Origin: the human T2T-CHM13v2.0 reference genome, Homo sapiens
DNA length: 64,000 bases
Reading direction: 5' to 3' (one strand)
Assembly: GCF_009914755.1 (NCBI RefSeq)
Contig: NC_060934.1
Made by a program: the position numbers and the translations under genes. A model generated the notes under the pieces. That model saw only the letters and a list, made by a program, of their open reading frames with translations, did not search any database and was not told where the DNA came from. Below are positions 51,580 to 64,000 of the stretch, in pieces. Positions within the stretch are counted from its first letter, which is position 1; every line of letters begins with the position of its first letter.

Positions 51580-52509
51580 AGTTCAGGTCTCCTGCAGGCG
51601 TTGGCAGATGCCAGGAACGCACTTCGGAGCTGGGCGACAGAGACCTTTGTGTCCAGCATGCTGATCTCCCCATAAGGCCCTTCGGTCTTGGAGCTGGGCA
51701 GCTCCAGCTCTCTCCTGGAAGCTGGGTCCTTATACTTCAAGGCCTGGAGCTGAGGGGGGCCTGTGAAATCTGACAGAGAGCGGGTACGGACCTTGCGCTT
51801 TTTCGAGGCTTCCCTGTTGTGACCAGTTGGTTTGGCGTCTTGGGACACAGGCTCACTTTGAATGTAGAGAACCATCTCGCTCCTGCCTGTCCTCTCAGTG
51901 GGCTGGTGCGGAGCTTGAGGGGGTTGTGCCACGTTTTCCAGTTCCTTCTGATGCTCTAAGGTGACTGTGCTCACAGCAGGCTTACCAAAGTCCTCATTTC
52001 TAGAGGGATCTTCTGGGCTTCTCACTAGCCCATCACCCTCCAAAGCCAGTAGGGTTTTCTTGCTTTGCTCGAGAGCTTCAGTGAAGCACACATCTTCTTC
52101 TTTTTCTTCTCCTTCTCCTTCCCCTTCTTCTTCTTCTGCTTTTGACTCGCAGATATGGAGAACTGGGCTATCCCTTCCGTCACCTTCTAGAACCGTCAAG
52201 CTGGGAGGTTTGGGGACATTCTGGGTGGCTGATGCTACCCAGCTACACTCAGATGCATTTTCTGGGGTTTCTGGCGTCACCAGCTTGGCGGTGTGACCGG
52301 TATCTGCGGGTTGGACATAGCCACGGATTGGCTGTCGTGTAGAGCCTGCTGCCTTGCTGGGGACCCTATCAAAGGCTGAGTGCTCAGACTGAAATGACAC
52401 GTAATGGACTGGCGCTGGCTGGTGTCTCCTCTGAGTTACGGACTCTGAGGCGAGTTCAGGGCTGTTTCGAGCACTTTCCTCTTTCACCAATTTTTCTCTA
52501 ACTTTAACT
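51580..52509 (-). CDS. SVIL: SVIL exon, 930 nt, archvillin-type cassette [11 protein letters not shown]...RRPE(L); contains an acidic tract and KKRKVR NLS-like motif
   Basis: ttcttaaag|AGTTAAAG...GAACT|gtaggt; ORF 51576..52490; phase 2-2. Confidence 0.95.
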
Positions 52510-53271
52510 CTTTAAGAAAGAAAAAGGATTTAAGTTGCAAAGTGCAGTAACGGCCTCACAGGAGGAAAGCATGCGTAGATCACAGATTACCAGTGAATGG
52601 AAACTGACCTGAGAGAGAATAACTTGTGAAAAAGCATTTTGGTGTCTAATGTCAACTACTTGTCAGATGATCCTGAGTTGAGTTTCCAATTTGCATATGT
52701 ATGCCCAGGAGGTGCAAAACTAACTCTACCCCTGTAAAAGCTGGCAGGGGTCAGATGCTATCCTGGGGGAGAATGGGTCCCTTCTGACTAAATAAATACC
52801 CAGAAGCCACAGAAAAATGCGTTAATATCCACCACCAGCATGCATTAGGGCATAATGAGCCTGGTCCCTTGAATCAGTAAGCTTTCCTCATGTACACGCC
52901 CAGAACACGGACTGTGGGGGAAGGTTCCTGGCATACAGACACCTATTGACCAAACGCTGTAATTTCATTGTCGTCTGAAAATGTAAGAGCACTCACGATT
53001 ATTTATGCTTTTTATTTAGTTCAAGATACAACAATCACCTCTCTTTTAAAGCACTCAACTAGACATTCACAAGCTTTTTCATGCAATGCAGAGTATATTC
53101 ATTCATTCAGAAGGCATGTGGCCAGTCTGGGCATCATTATGAATAATTCTAGCACCAAAAGAATGTTAGAGAAAAGATAGTTGCTGACAGAACTAATGAA
53201 GTGAACATTTCCCACCACCATCCCCCTGTCCTGCTGTTATGCTCTTAGTTAAAAATGAATCCCAAAAGAGA

Positions 53272-53580
53272 GGCCGGGCCCTGGGGCTCATGCCTGTGAT
53301 CACAACCTTTTGGGAGGCCTGGGCAGGAGGATCATTTGAGGCCAGGAGTTTGAGACCAGTTTGGGCAACATAGTGAGATCTTGTCTCTACAAAAGTAAAA
53401 AACAATATCTAGGTGCAGTGGCGTGTGCCTGTAGTCCCAGCTACTTAGGAGGCTGAGGCAGGAGGCCCACTTGAATCCAGGAGTTTGAGGCTGCAGTGAG
53501 CTATGATTGTACAGCTACACTCCAGCATAGGCAACAGAGAGAGGCTCTGTCCCTAAAAAACAAAAATAAAATAAAAATAA
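53272..53580 (+). mobile_element. Alu (AluJ-like)
   Basis: Alu consensus. Confidence 0.9.
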
Positions 53581-53689
53581 AGAGAGATTGCTCCAGTTGT
53601 TTCTAAAGTTATTCAAATATCTGAGAGCAAAACTGACATCCTTTTCAAAAGCTACAGACCTTTTTCCATTACTGCAAAACAAAGAAACC

Positions 53690-53900
53690 AAGAGCTCTGG
53701 CTGTGGGGTTGGAAGAGACCTCTGCTCAGATCCTGGCTCAGTCAGGTTGAGCTGTGTAGTGTTGGGCAACTCACCTGCCCTTAGTAAGCCTCAGTTGCTT
53801 TACCTTTTAAATGGAAATAATAGTGACATAATGTAATGTGATATTTGCAAAGCACGTGGCTTAGTGCTTAGCAAAGAGTAAATGTTTAATAGTGTTATCT
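53690..53900 (+). mobile_element. MIR
   Basis: agctgtgtagtgttgggcaactcac...agcctcagtt...aaatggaaataatagt core. Confidence 0.75.
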
Positions 53901-55037
53901 AGTTCTTATTTTTGGTTTTTGAAGTACCATGTAGTGGGAAAGGAGACACAATTCCAACTACTTGAGAATGGAAAACTGATTAGGGCTCAGCTTTAAAAAG
54001 CAAAGAGGGCTTTTGGAGTGGGAAAAGGGATTTCTTGCGGGGAGAGGAATTTAGACTGTTTACTTAAGCTTAATTGGCAAAAGTAATTATTTATGATGTG
54101 CACTGTATGGAAAAGAATAGTTTATTTAATGACAAGTGCACCCTGCTAAATTTGATAAAAACTCCTATATATTTTTTTTAACGTACGAGGCAGTGTATCT
54201 ATATATGTGTCATTAAAGGACAATCCACACAGACGCACATAGAGGTGGTAACTATGAACAACTCAGGGAAAGAAAACATTCTTAGTTGTTATTTTTCCCA
54301 GAGATGAGCCTGTTGGAGGTTTTCATACTTAAAACGTTTGTTAATCAAAAGGAGACTGAAGCGCGGTTCCAGTTCTCCTGTGGAATGCGTGCTCCTGATC
54401 AGAGACAATCTGAATGTTGTCCTCAGCCAAGAACAAAGTGACTGTCAGAAACTCTGTGTGTGGAGCTTTGTCCTTCCATGACTTACTCATTCTGACTCCT
54501 TCCGCCTCTCCCTGCCCCCAGTCTTAAAAATGAAATGATAGGGGGTTTTGTTTGCTTTTAAAACCACATGCCCTAAATTTAACTGTTGAAAATTAACTAC
54601 TGGTTTAGAGATGAGGAGATATGAAAGCAAGGAGGCTGGAAGGGCTGGGAGCAGTGGGAAGCTGAGCAGATGGGACGCCGGCTAGCGAGTCCAGCTATGG
54701 AAAGGAGCCCAGGGCCTGGCTGGGTGCTCACTACTGCCCCTCACTGGCCAGTCCTATGTGAGTTGGTGAGAAGGGAAAAGCAAAAGGTCAAGTAAAAGGT
54801 TTGTCAATCAAGAAAGATTGACAAAGATTGAAAAAGAGGGGGAAGGAGAGATACTATTAGCATGGATTAGGGCATGTGGAGGGGAAAAGCAAATGATTAG
54901 AAAGTAACTTCCACGTGATTTTCAAGTGCACTGGTATTAAAGAAGGCAAGAGGAGAGTGGGTGTTAGCTGATGTGTGGTCAGGCAGGAGGAAGCAACACT
55001 CATGCACACAAGCCCCAGAGGGCCGGCGTGCGGGTAC

Positions 55038-55118
55038 CTGGAAGGCCAGTTGATAAGTGAAGGTGTGTCCCCTTCGGAATCTTTCTGGAGAAACCACTCA
55101 TGTTTGGGTTTCCCTGTA
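55038..55118 (-). CDS. SVIL: SVIL exon, 81 nt, archvillin-type cassette (S)[26 protein letters not shown](R)
   Basis: acaatag|TACAGG...TCCAG|gtaccc; phase 2-2. Confidence 0.95.
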
Positions 55119-55221
55119 CTATTGTGTACAAAAAACAAAACCAGATAATCTCTATTAAAACGTCAACATATACACAGACTTTACCATAACTTAAAACCTA
55201 AAGGCTGATTTTTATTAAGAA

Positions 55222-55472
55222 TAATCCTCACTTATAAGTGGGAGTTAAACATGGAGTACACATGGTCACAAAGAGGGAGCAGCAGACATGAGGGCCCACT
55301 TGAGGGAGGAGAGAGGCAGGAGGGCGGGGATGGAAACACAACCTGTGGGCTGCTGTGCTTATTACCTGGGTGACAAAATATTTAATACACCAAAGCCTTG
55401 TGACAATTTACCTACATAACAAATCTGCACATGTACCCCTGAACCTAAATTAAAACTTAAAAAAATAAACAA
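55222..55472 (+). mobile_element. L1PA-type 3' end
   Basis: ctcacttataagtgggag...ctgcacatgtacccctgaacctaaa plus A tail. Confidence 0.85.
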
Positions 55473-55676
55473 ACAGGAATATTATAGGGAAAAAAAGAAT
55501 AATTCTGTCTTTTGAAAATGTATAAGCACATTTTGCTATAGAGTTCATATTCACTTCATGGAGTTTCCAGGACATGTGGCTCACTACTAAAATCAAGAGG
55601 TAAAAATAAATGTATCTAAGGCCATCAAATCATGTGTTTTCCCAAGTAATTTTAAATTATTAGAAAGGAGTCTGTT

Positions 55677-55988
<312 letters not shown>

Positions 55989-57469
55989 CTATTATAGTCA
56001 CACTCTGCCCACAAATACCAGGCAATTCTCTTGTAAGCAGCTGACTAAAAGTAAAAGGTAATTTAATTTCCATAAGTTTTGCAGTGGCACGTTGGTAAAT
56101 AGCCTAATATAAAAATAGCATCTATGTAAAACAACACATTTCAAATAAAGAAGATAATTAAAATAAATAAAAATAAAATAAAATAAGTCAATGGGATCAC
56201 ATTTTTAGTTGCTATTACACATTTTCCTTTTAAAATTATCACTGAATAATGTGACCAACACAAGAGTTACAAGTACTAATTCAGGTCCATTCTGCTGATA
56301 TTTATTGAGCTCCTAGTAAGTGCAAGTAATGAGCTAAGGAACGACGAAAATGAATCATAAATCAACATAGCCATTAAAAACCTTAAACCGCAGGTAGGCT
56401 AGGTAATATATAGTCCACACATTCATTCCTCAACACACGACTGAGTATGATGCCAAGCAGAATATGAACGAGTAATTATACCAGGCTGAAGGTATTTTAG
56501 AGAAACATCATGGGTAAGGACAACCTTGTTTTAACAACATAAAGCAAGTCAAAGGAGGAACACTCAGATTACTGCCCTGTCTCCTCTTACAATGTAGAAA
56601 GAAAAAAAGGAAATTCTACAGGCTAGTTACAATGTTTACCAGCTCAAAACTTTATGAGCCTATCTGCAAGAATTTTTCAACACCAGGCTGGAAACACATT
56701 GCAGCTCAAAAAGAAATTTCTAAAAGAAAATAAAAGTTATAATCAACTTAATTTTCTAAAATCATTTTGGTTTGAGTTTTGGTTGGAGGGGACAGGCAGG
56801 TACCTGGCACCGCTATTGTACGTCTTGCTGTAACCACTGACCTCTATCTCGGTCTAGGCTTGGACTGATCTGTTTCTCCAGTAAGATCCTTCAGCCTTGC
56901 TACTCCTAAAACTATCACCCCACCTCCCCATCCTCTGCATCACATCAATTTTGCCCACAGCAAATAAAAAGTTAAGATGTATGTAAAGTCATTTCATTTC
57001 CAAATATAAAGGGTCCAATTCATCAACTTTTATTTGATGGGAAGAGTTTGGCGCATCGCCTGCAGCCAGGAACGAAGGCAGTGCAACTCAGTCCAGTGTG
57101 CAGAGGGCAAGAGGGGCCAGCAGACGCCTGCTGTTGGAAATGACATCAAGTTCCTATAACGAATCTGCCGCCTTCACAGGGTTATGTTTAGGCTGAATGC
57201 TTTCTGTATAACAGAGGGCTTTGTAAAAGAAGTGCAATACAACTTTTCGAACATGACCTTAACTGACAAGAATAAAATTTGATCAATATCACCGTCAAAC
57301 TCCATCAAGGGCTTGTGTAAGAATGTTGGCTCAGCATTTATAAAATGGAAATCCCACACAGACACAGGGGACTTACTGGGCTCCATTTGCTTATTACACC
57401 TGAAATATGAAACCAGCCAAAAACCAAAGGACTACCACCAGGGTGGTGAATACTCAAAGTCTGAGTATA

Positions 57470-57891
57470 TAGACAGTCTCCGACTTAAAATGGTTCAATG
57501 TAAGATTTATTGACTTTAAGATGTTGTGGAAGTGATAGGCATTCAGGAGAGCCTGTGCTTGGAATTGTGAATTCTGTTCTTCTCCTGGGCCGGTGGTGTG
57601 TGGTGCGATGCTCCCCTGCGATGCTCGCAGAGGCAGTGAGCCGCCGCTCCCAGATCGCCACCAGCCATACAACCATGAGGGGAACGACCCATCTCCATAG
57701 TGTGCTGCATGGCCAGATGGTTTTGTCCAAATCCAAGCTAATGTGAGTGTTCTGAGCATATCTAAGGTAGGTTGGGTGTATTAAGTGAATTTTTGACTTA
57801 ATGTTTCCTTTGTTTTTCTGACTTGCAATATTTTCAACTTATGATGGATTTATTGGGATGCGACCCCATTCTAAGTTGAGGAACATCTGTA
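57470..57891. mobile_element. MER47/Tigger5-like DNA transposon relic
   Basis: terminus caacttatgatggatttattgggatgcgaccccattctaagttgaggaacatctgta. Confidence 0.7.
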
Positions 57892-57926
57892 AAATAAATA
57901 CAAATGTATGTAATAAGAAACAAAGA

Positions 57927-58215
57927 GGCCAGGTGTGGTGGCTCACGCCTCTTGTAATCCCAGCCCTTTTGGAGGCTGAGGCAGGAGGATCCCTTGAGGC
58001 CAGGAGTTCGAGCCAGCCTGAGCAACATAGCAAGACTCTGTCTGTATTTAAAAAATTAAAAAGTTAGTGAAGCATGGTGGCATGTGTCTGTAGACCTAGC
58101 TACTCAGGAGGCTGAGGCAGTAGGATCCTTTGAGCCCAGGAGTTTGAGGCTGCAGTGAGCTATGATTGCACCACTGCACTCCAGCCTGGGAGACAGAGTG
58201 AGACTCGGCCTCTAA

Positions 58216-58246
<31 letters not shown>

Positions 58247-58255
58247 ACAAACAAA
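57927..58255 (+). mobile_element. Alu (AluJ-like) with (TAAA)n tail
   Basis: Alu consensus. Confidence 0.9.
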
Positions 58256-58789
58256 GTATGTGAAGGCATCATGCCTAGGACATAATAAGCCTTTTAAATG
58301 CTTTTCTTATCTTTTTCCTTCTTCACAGTCAACACAGCAATGAAAGTTTATGAATTTCTCTTTTTATGCTTTGAAGACATAATACTTATGGAGACCCAAT
58401 TCAGAAGTCATGCGATTTTCAGCAGGGTGAGTCCAGCCTCACCAGGAGGGCCTGACTTTGTCTTTAGTACATTTAAAGCAGGAGTGATCTAGAAAAGCAT
58501 TTCTCCAAGTAAGGGTTTCAGGATCCCTGAGGTTGGCTATGACATGTATTTGGGTGAGGTTATCTGCCATCTGAAATGAAAATGAGAGAGGGATGAGGAG
58601 ACGCCTAAATCAGACACCAACAGTGAACACGCTGTCCTGGGCGCTGTGTAGCAATGATCTCACAGAATGCAGCCACTTCTGAGTTGTGCAGCAGCATCTA
58701 CACTTTCGACACTCCCCTCTTCTGTCTCCCATCTCCCCCATCAGACTTCTTAGCTGAGTTCTCCTCCTCACCCCCACGATACACAGCCC

Positions 58790-59455
58790 CAGGGTGCTCT
58801 TGACATTTCAACTTGGATATTTAATAGACGTCTTAAATTTACATGCCCAGAAAATGAACTCTTAACTTCCCTCTGTCCCAACTTGTACTGGAGTCTTCCC
58901 TATGCCAAATCCCTGCTTCGAGTTGCCTTGGCCAAAAAATTGAGACTCGCTTTTTACTCCTCTGTTTCTTTCAAACCCCACCCCTACCTCATCAGCAAGT
59001 TCTCTTGGGTACCTTCAAAATATAACCTCTTTCTACCACCTGTGCTGCCATCATTCTAGTTCAAGCCACCACCGCCTCTCACGTGCGTTACCAAGATGAC
59101 CTCCTCATTATTCTACCTGTTTTCATCCTGGCCCCACTAAAGTCTATCTTCCGCTTAGCAGCCAGCATAATGCTTTGAAATGTAAGGCAGATGAGTCATT
59201 CCTCTTGTTCAAACCCTCCTAGGGCTCAACATATCAAGTAGGGCAAACCCCAAAGCCCTTGCGGTGGTTCTAAGGCCCTCCCCGATCTGTGGTCTCACTA
59301 ACATCATCCCTACCACCTGCCCCTTCTGCTACAGCCCTCTCTCTTCGCTAGGATGTGACAGCCTCTGGAGAGAGAGAGACTTCGTTCACATTCATCTCCT
59401 CGGCACTCGGAACTATGTGTGGTGAACAGTAGGTCTCAGATGCTCATGGAATGAT
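58790..59455 (+). mobile_element. L2 LINE fragments
   Basis: acttggatatttaatagacgtcttaaatttacatgccc...; gtaggtctcag-type 3' end. Confidence 0.65.
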
Positions 59456-61564
59456 TAACTGATGAATGATAATCTCCACAGCAACTCTAAGAGGTCTTCT
59501 CGTCTCCATTTTATAGATGCAGATGGTGAGGTGCAAGGGAAAAAGGACATTAACTGCTCACGATCACACGACTGGTAACAGAAGGATGGGGCTTGGACCC
59601 AGTGCAGCAGGACCCCCCAGCATGCACCTTCCTTCCAGCCTTCCAGAGTGACAAGCTTCCACATTCTGGAAAATGGCTGCTTCCTTGGCTTGAATGGGTA
59701 AGAATGAGGTTGGGATGCCAGTGTTCATGGACTCTAAGGTTAAGCAAGGAAGACACCAAGAACTTCCTGGTCACAGCCACAACCCTGACTGGATGTGGAT
59801 CTCTCTCTAGTGCCGTTTCCACCGTCAGAAGAGTTACCCGATTACCTATGAATTCTGCAGAACCTAACTACCTTCTTCCTTTGTTTCTCCAATGAACAAT
59901 ATCAAATCAAAGGAGTCAGGCAGTGGAAGGTTGTGGACTGAGCTTTCCACCTTGGAGCAGCGCAGCCTGATCATAATACTGAGGGGTTGGCAAAGCGATG
60001 CTCAACTGAGATTTTAAAATATTTCATTCCATCAAAGTACAAAATTTACTTCAGGGGCCCACAGGGCATTGTTTTGGAGAGACAGTAAAATAGCAGGTGA
60101 GATTTTTTAAAAAACATGAACAAAAAGAGAGATCACATCTGAATTATGGTGGTTATTTTCCTCTTTTATTTTCTCTTCATGTCTTTTAATCTTGTGTGAC
60201 ATTATTTCATGAAGTCTTCCTAAATGTTACGCTTAATTATTTTTGATAAATAAGGTTTGGTTAAGAAATTAACAGTGGGAGATTTGCTTTATACAACATA
60301 ATGAGTTGAACACAGGATACTTACTGTGAGGCTATACCAGTCTTTGCACATGCGGTCAAGAATCAATTCTGGTGGACAGAGGCACAAGGGATGATGGAAA
60401 TGTTTCCTATCCTGACTGGGATGATGATTATACATTTACCCAAACTCACCAAGCTGCATCCTTAAAATCTGTGTATTTGATGTAAATTATACCTCATTTA
60501 AAAAATATGTCATCGTTGGGTTACAGAGTAAGGACTTCTTGAGTACTGAAAATGTAGCATTTTCTGGGGGCAGAAGCAGGATAAACATGTGAGATAACCA
60601 ATTTCTTCCAGTCTCCCTTTGAGCTAATCTCAGTGAAGGCCTGAATGCTGTAACCGCAGCCCAGAAAGGAGGGAGGGAGGAGGTATGTGCAGAAAGCACA
60701 ATTGTCAGAAAATGCTGGAATCTGAGGAAGGTGCGAGGCTGGATTGGCATCCCCTCATCTCCTGATTGGAACCATCACTCCTAGAATAAGGTAATCGGGG
60801 ACTTGACAGCTTTCATCATGAGACTAGACTAGAATCAGCCATTCGCGGGGCTGTGGACTCAGTTCACGACGCTCCACAAGTGGCCGATGATTTTCTGCTC
60901 ACTTATCACGATTCCCATTTACTGTTTAATGATATTTATGAGCAGCCTGACTCAAGACCACATACAAGAACCCCAATCCCAGACAAAGCAGAAAGAGCTT
61001 TGTCGTATAAACAAGTGCTGCTCACAGTGCGTTCCACTGATTGGTGTCCCTCTGCATGATTAGACAAAAGGCTGTCACCAGAAGGGAAATTAACAACATC
61101 GCTAAGCCTGCTGTGTAGTTCAGCTGACGTTTTCTTCACAGCTTGATTTTCTCAATGAAGGAAACCAAACACAATTTGCATTTGGGTGCGAGTGTCTCAT
61201 AGTTGTGTGCTGATAAACAGTTTGCAGATTGGCTATTTCAAACAGCACTGCTATAGTTTGGTGACACTTTAAGCAAACACAGAAAATAGCAGAACATTCA
61301 TTCAAAAATGATTTTCTAGGTCACTTGAAATTGTTGGATATTCCAGTTGCAGTGAAGGAGATATGAAAATGACTAGAGCAAGGTATCTACTCATCTCTTA
61401 AAGCTTCTACTAAAGTAATGCTATCGCTGCAATCATCCTTACCAGACTTACAGAAGAGCTTAACACCAAATTCACAGTGCCGTGTCTGGAAAAAATCCTT
61501 ACGAAATTGCTAAAATCCTCTTCTGGGTATGACAGCCATGATCTAGGGTGCTTGCCATTTGTTG

Positions 61565-61840
61565 TCTTTTTTTTTTAAATTTTTAATTTCTGTGGGTACA
61601 TAGCAAGTGTACGTATTTATGGGGTATCTGAGATGTTTTGATACAGGCATGCAATGCGTAATAATCATGTCATGGAGAATGGGGTATCCATCCCCTTAAG
61701 TATTTATTCTTTGTGTCACAAACAATTGATTATACTTTTAGTTATTTTAAAATGCACGATTATTAGACTATAGTCGCCCTGTTGTGCTAACACAAAGCAG
61801 GTCTTATTCATTTTTTCTAACTACTTTTTGTACCCGTTAG
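61565..61840 (-). mobile_element. L1MA 3' end
   Basis: tatttatggggta..tgagatgttttgatacaggcatgcaatg.gtaataatca. Confidence 0.85.
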
Positions 61841-62128
61841 GTGCTGGACATTTGAATATCCTTCCTATGACATAGGGTGCCTGTGAAGTGGCATCTGTGG
61901 GACTCCTCATTTGGCTCATGACCTGTTTCTCCTCTTTTCCCTTCCAGTACAATCATCAGCAACCCAGAAGCCAAACTAATAACATCAGGGCTCTGTTTGC
62001 CAAGCTGAGCCAAGCTCCAGCTCTGTCTCTGGGAAACTCACGATATGATAATGAGAGCAGACTGGTGCGAGAGTCTAAACACCACAGAAAGTGGAAGTGA
62101 CTCCAAAAATGGTCCCAGTTTCTATTAG

Positions 62129-62258
62129 CCCATTTATGCCTAGTGTTCCATTATTGGAATGCTAAGCAAGTGGGAGTTATTTATATTCTACTGCTCAAGG
62201 ACAGCACCAAGGTCTGATTGCAAAAATTCAAAAAATTGCAACCTCGGGCATACATGGG
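62129..62258 (+). mobile_element. MER85 (PGBD3-derived piggyBac MITE)
   Basis: TIRs CCCATTTATGCC / GGCATACATGGG, flanks TTAG / TTAA, internal GTTCCATTATTGGAAT palindrome. Confidence 0.92.
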
Positions 62259-63522
62259 TTAAGAGAGAGAGAAGTTACCAAAACACAACAAAACAACCTG
62301 GAAAGGTCAAGAAAGCAGGGCAGATGGGAAGGTGGACTCTTCTCTGGACACATTTGTCAGTGGCCCTATTAGAAAGAGATATCCAGATGTAATCTGACCA
62401 CTGCAGGACGCAGGGGGACCATTGCCTACCTATGCTATTGGCAACTCACTTTCATTAATGTCCCCCAAGATTGGACTAATCACTTTGGCAGTCATATAAA
62501 GAACTTGCTGTCAACTAAAACCCTTAGGTCTGTTTCCCACGAACTGCTGTTAAATCAGGTTTCCACAATCTTGAACTTGTGCACTGATTTTTTTTCCATC
62601 TAAATTCAAGACTTCATTAAATTTCACCTTGTTAGTTTCTAACCATTGTTCCGGGTACACGTGCTCTCTTGCCTACATGATCCTGTTCTCTCGCACTCTC
62701 TCCCCCTCCTTCTTACCTCTCTTCCTCCTCCATCTCTCCCCTCTCCCCTGCCTCCTTTAGTCATCAAACTTACAATCCCTCCTCCAGAAATCTGATCTAA
62801 ATACATGCATTTATATGCATGTATTACATATGGTACTTAAAAAGCCTTGTTCTCATAAACAAACAGACAACTTATTTTATGGAATCTTGGGGTGAGCCAA
62901 CCCTTCACAGGGCAGAGGTCACCTACAAGGGGAGAGGCTTATAGGGTTATTGGGGACCAGAATGAGGAAGTGGTGACTTTAGGTGTGTGTATCAGAACTG
63001 TTTTGATGCAGCAACTGGCTGGCAGAGAATTGTATTACCAGGAAATAATAACTCACTCCAGGTTTTCATAAAGGCCAGGGGTTGCCCTTGGGTTGTATCC
63101 CTAAGTATATAATAGTATATAATGATCAGCTTTAACTCCCTACAACTCCCAAGGGTCTACAGACTAAAAAGTGCTTCCTGTTACCAAAGTGAAGTCAAAT
63201 GCAGCACAGTCAAATTAGTTTCTCCATGTGGGTGTCCAGCTCTAATTATATAACAGCTTCTAATTATAAAACGTTAAGAATGGCTATTAACTTTTGAATC
63301 TCATTAAAATTAACGGTTAATTTGCTAAAAGTCGCTTGTTTGGAAAAACTGCTAATGACCGTTCTGCAGATAGGTACAGGTACAAAATCTGCAAGGACAC
63401 AGGCTCAAGGAAAAATTTTGCATTTAAAATCTCACACACCTTTGAGTTTTTAGCTAGTGTACATAGTAGCTAGGGTTTGGGGAGATATATTTACATTTAG
63501 TCCAATGAATAGGAATAGTCTG

Positions 63523-63830
63523 CCAGGCCCGGTGGCTCACACGTGTAGTCCCAGCACTTTGGGAGGCCAAGACGGGTGGATCGCTTAACACCAGGAGTTC
63601 CAGACCAGCCTGGGCAACATTGTGAAACCCCATCTCTTCCAAAAAATTCAAAAATTAGCCAGGCATAGTGGCGTGCATCTGTTAAGTCCCAACTACTCAG
63701 AAGGCTGAGGCAGGAGGAACGCTCGAGCCCAGGAAGTCAAGGCTGCAGTGAGATTGTGCTACTGCTGCACTCCAGCCTGGGCAACAGAGTGAGACCTTTT
63801 CTAAAAAAAAAAAAAAAAAAAAAAAAAGAA
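63523..63830 (+). mobile_element. Alu (AluJ-like)
   Basis: Alu consensus plus A tail. Confidence 0.9.
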
Positions 63831-63891
63831 TAAGAATTGTCACTTGACAATAAGAACAGGATGAAATGAAAAAAAAGAGGGAATGACTTAC

Positions 63892-63915
63892 CCATCTATT
63901 TTAACAGTTGGGATT
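63892..63915 (-). CDS. Candidate 24-nt SVIL micro-exon, (R)IPTVKID(G)
   Basis: ctccctgccatactctag|AATCCCAACTGTTAAAATAGATGG|gtaagt; symmetric phase 2, no stop. Confidence 0.45.
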
Positions 63916-64000
63916 CTAGAGTATGGCAGGGAGCACAGGTGTTTGGGGGTACAGGGACTGAAAGGTGAAGCCAATTCCATTCCAGTAATAGAATAAGCTG

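Noticed and set aside
63950-64000. MIR604, which I recall lying in this SVIL intron
   Set aside because: Its hairpin sequence is not visible in the window; probably just beyond the right edge

Overview
Human (primate) genomic DNA from inside SVIL (supervillin/archvillin, a villin-gelsolin family actin-binding protein). The gene is on the minus strand, and neither its start nor its stop codon is in the window. I mapped 22 canonical coding exons by splice signals and phase continuity, from ...[10 protein letters not shown]... (55118) to ...PGELAQHK (671). They include the four archvillin-type cassette exons (81, 930, 171 and 96 nt) and one GC-AG intron. The introns are rich in Alu, L1M, L2, MIR, LTR16 and DNA-transposon relics (MER58, MER2, MER47/Tigger, piggyBac MER85), plus several tandem repeats. 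Most short ORFs in the track are Alu or L1 noise. The main signals beyond the canonical gene model are: a frame-preserving 24-nt micro-exon candidate (63892-63915); a cluster of in-frame 48- and 78-nt cassette exons with a candidate internal first exon (26.8-27.8 kb); a phase-matched, Kozak-bearing candidate exon at 15.5 kb; a double hairpin that hides the only competing AG in a short intron; a plus-strand antisense terminal exon overlapping a SVIL exon; and a MER85 retaining the CSB-PGBD3 palindrome. I see no evidence of a wholly new gene system. The candidates are splicing and regulatory layers of SVIL, and some may already be annotated. Repeat boundaries are approximate and subfamily calls are by eye.
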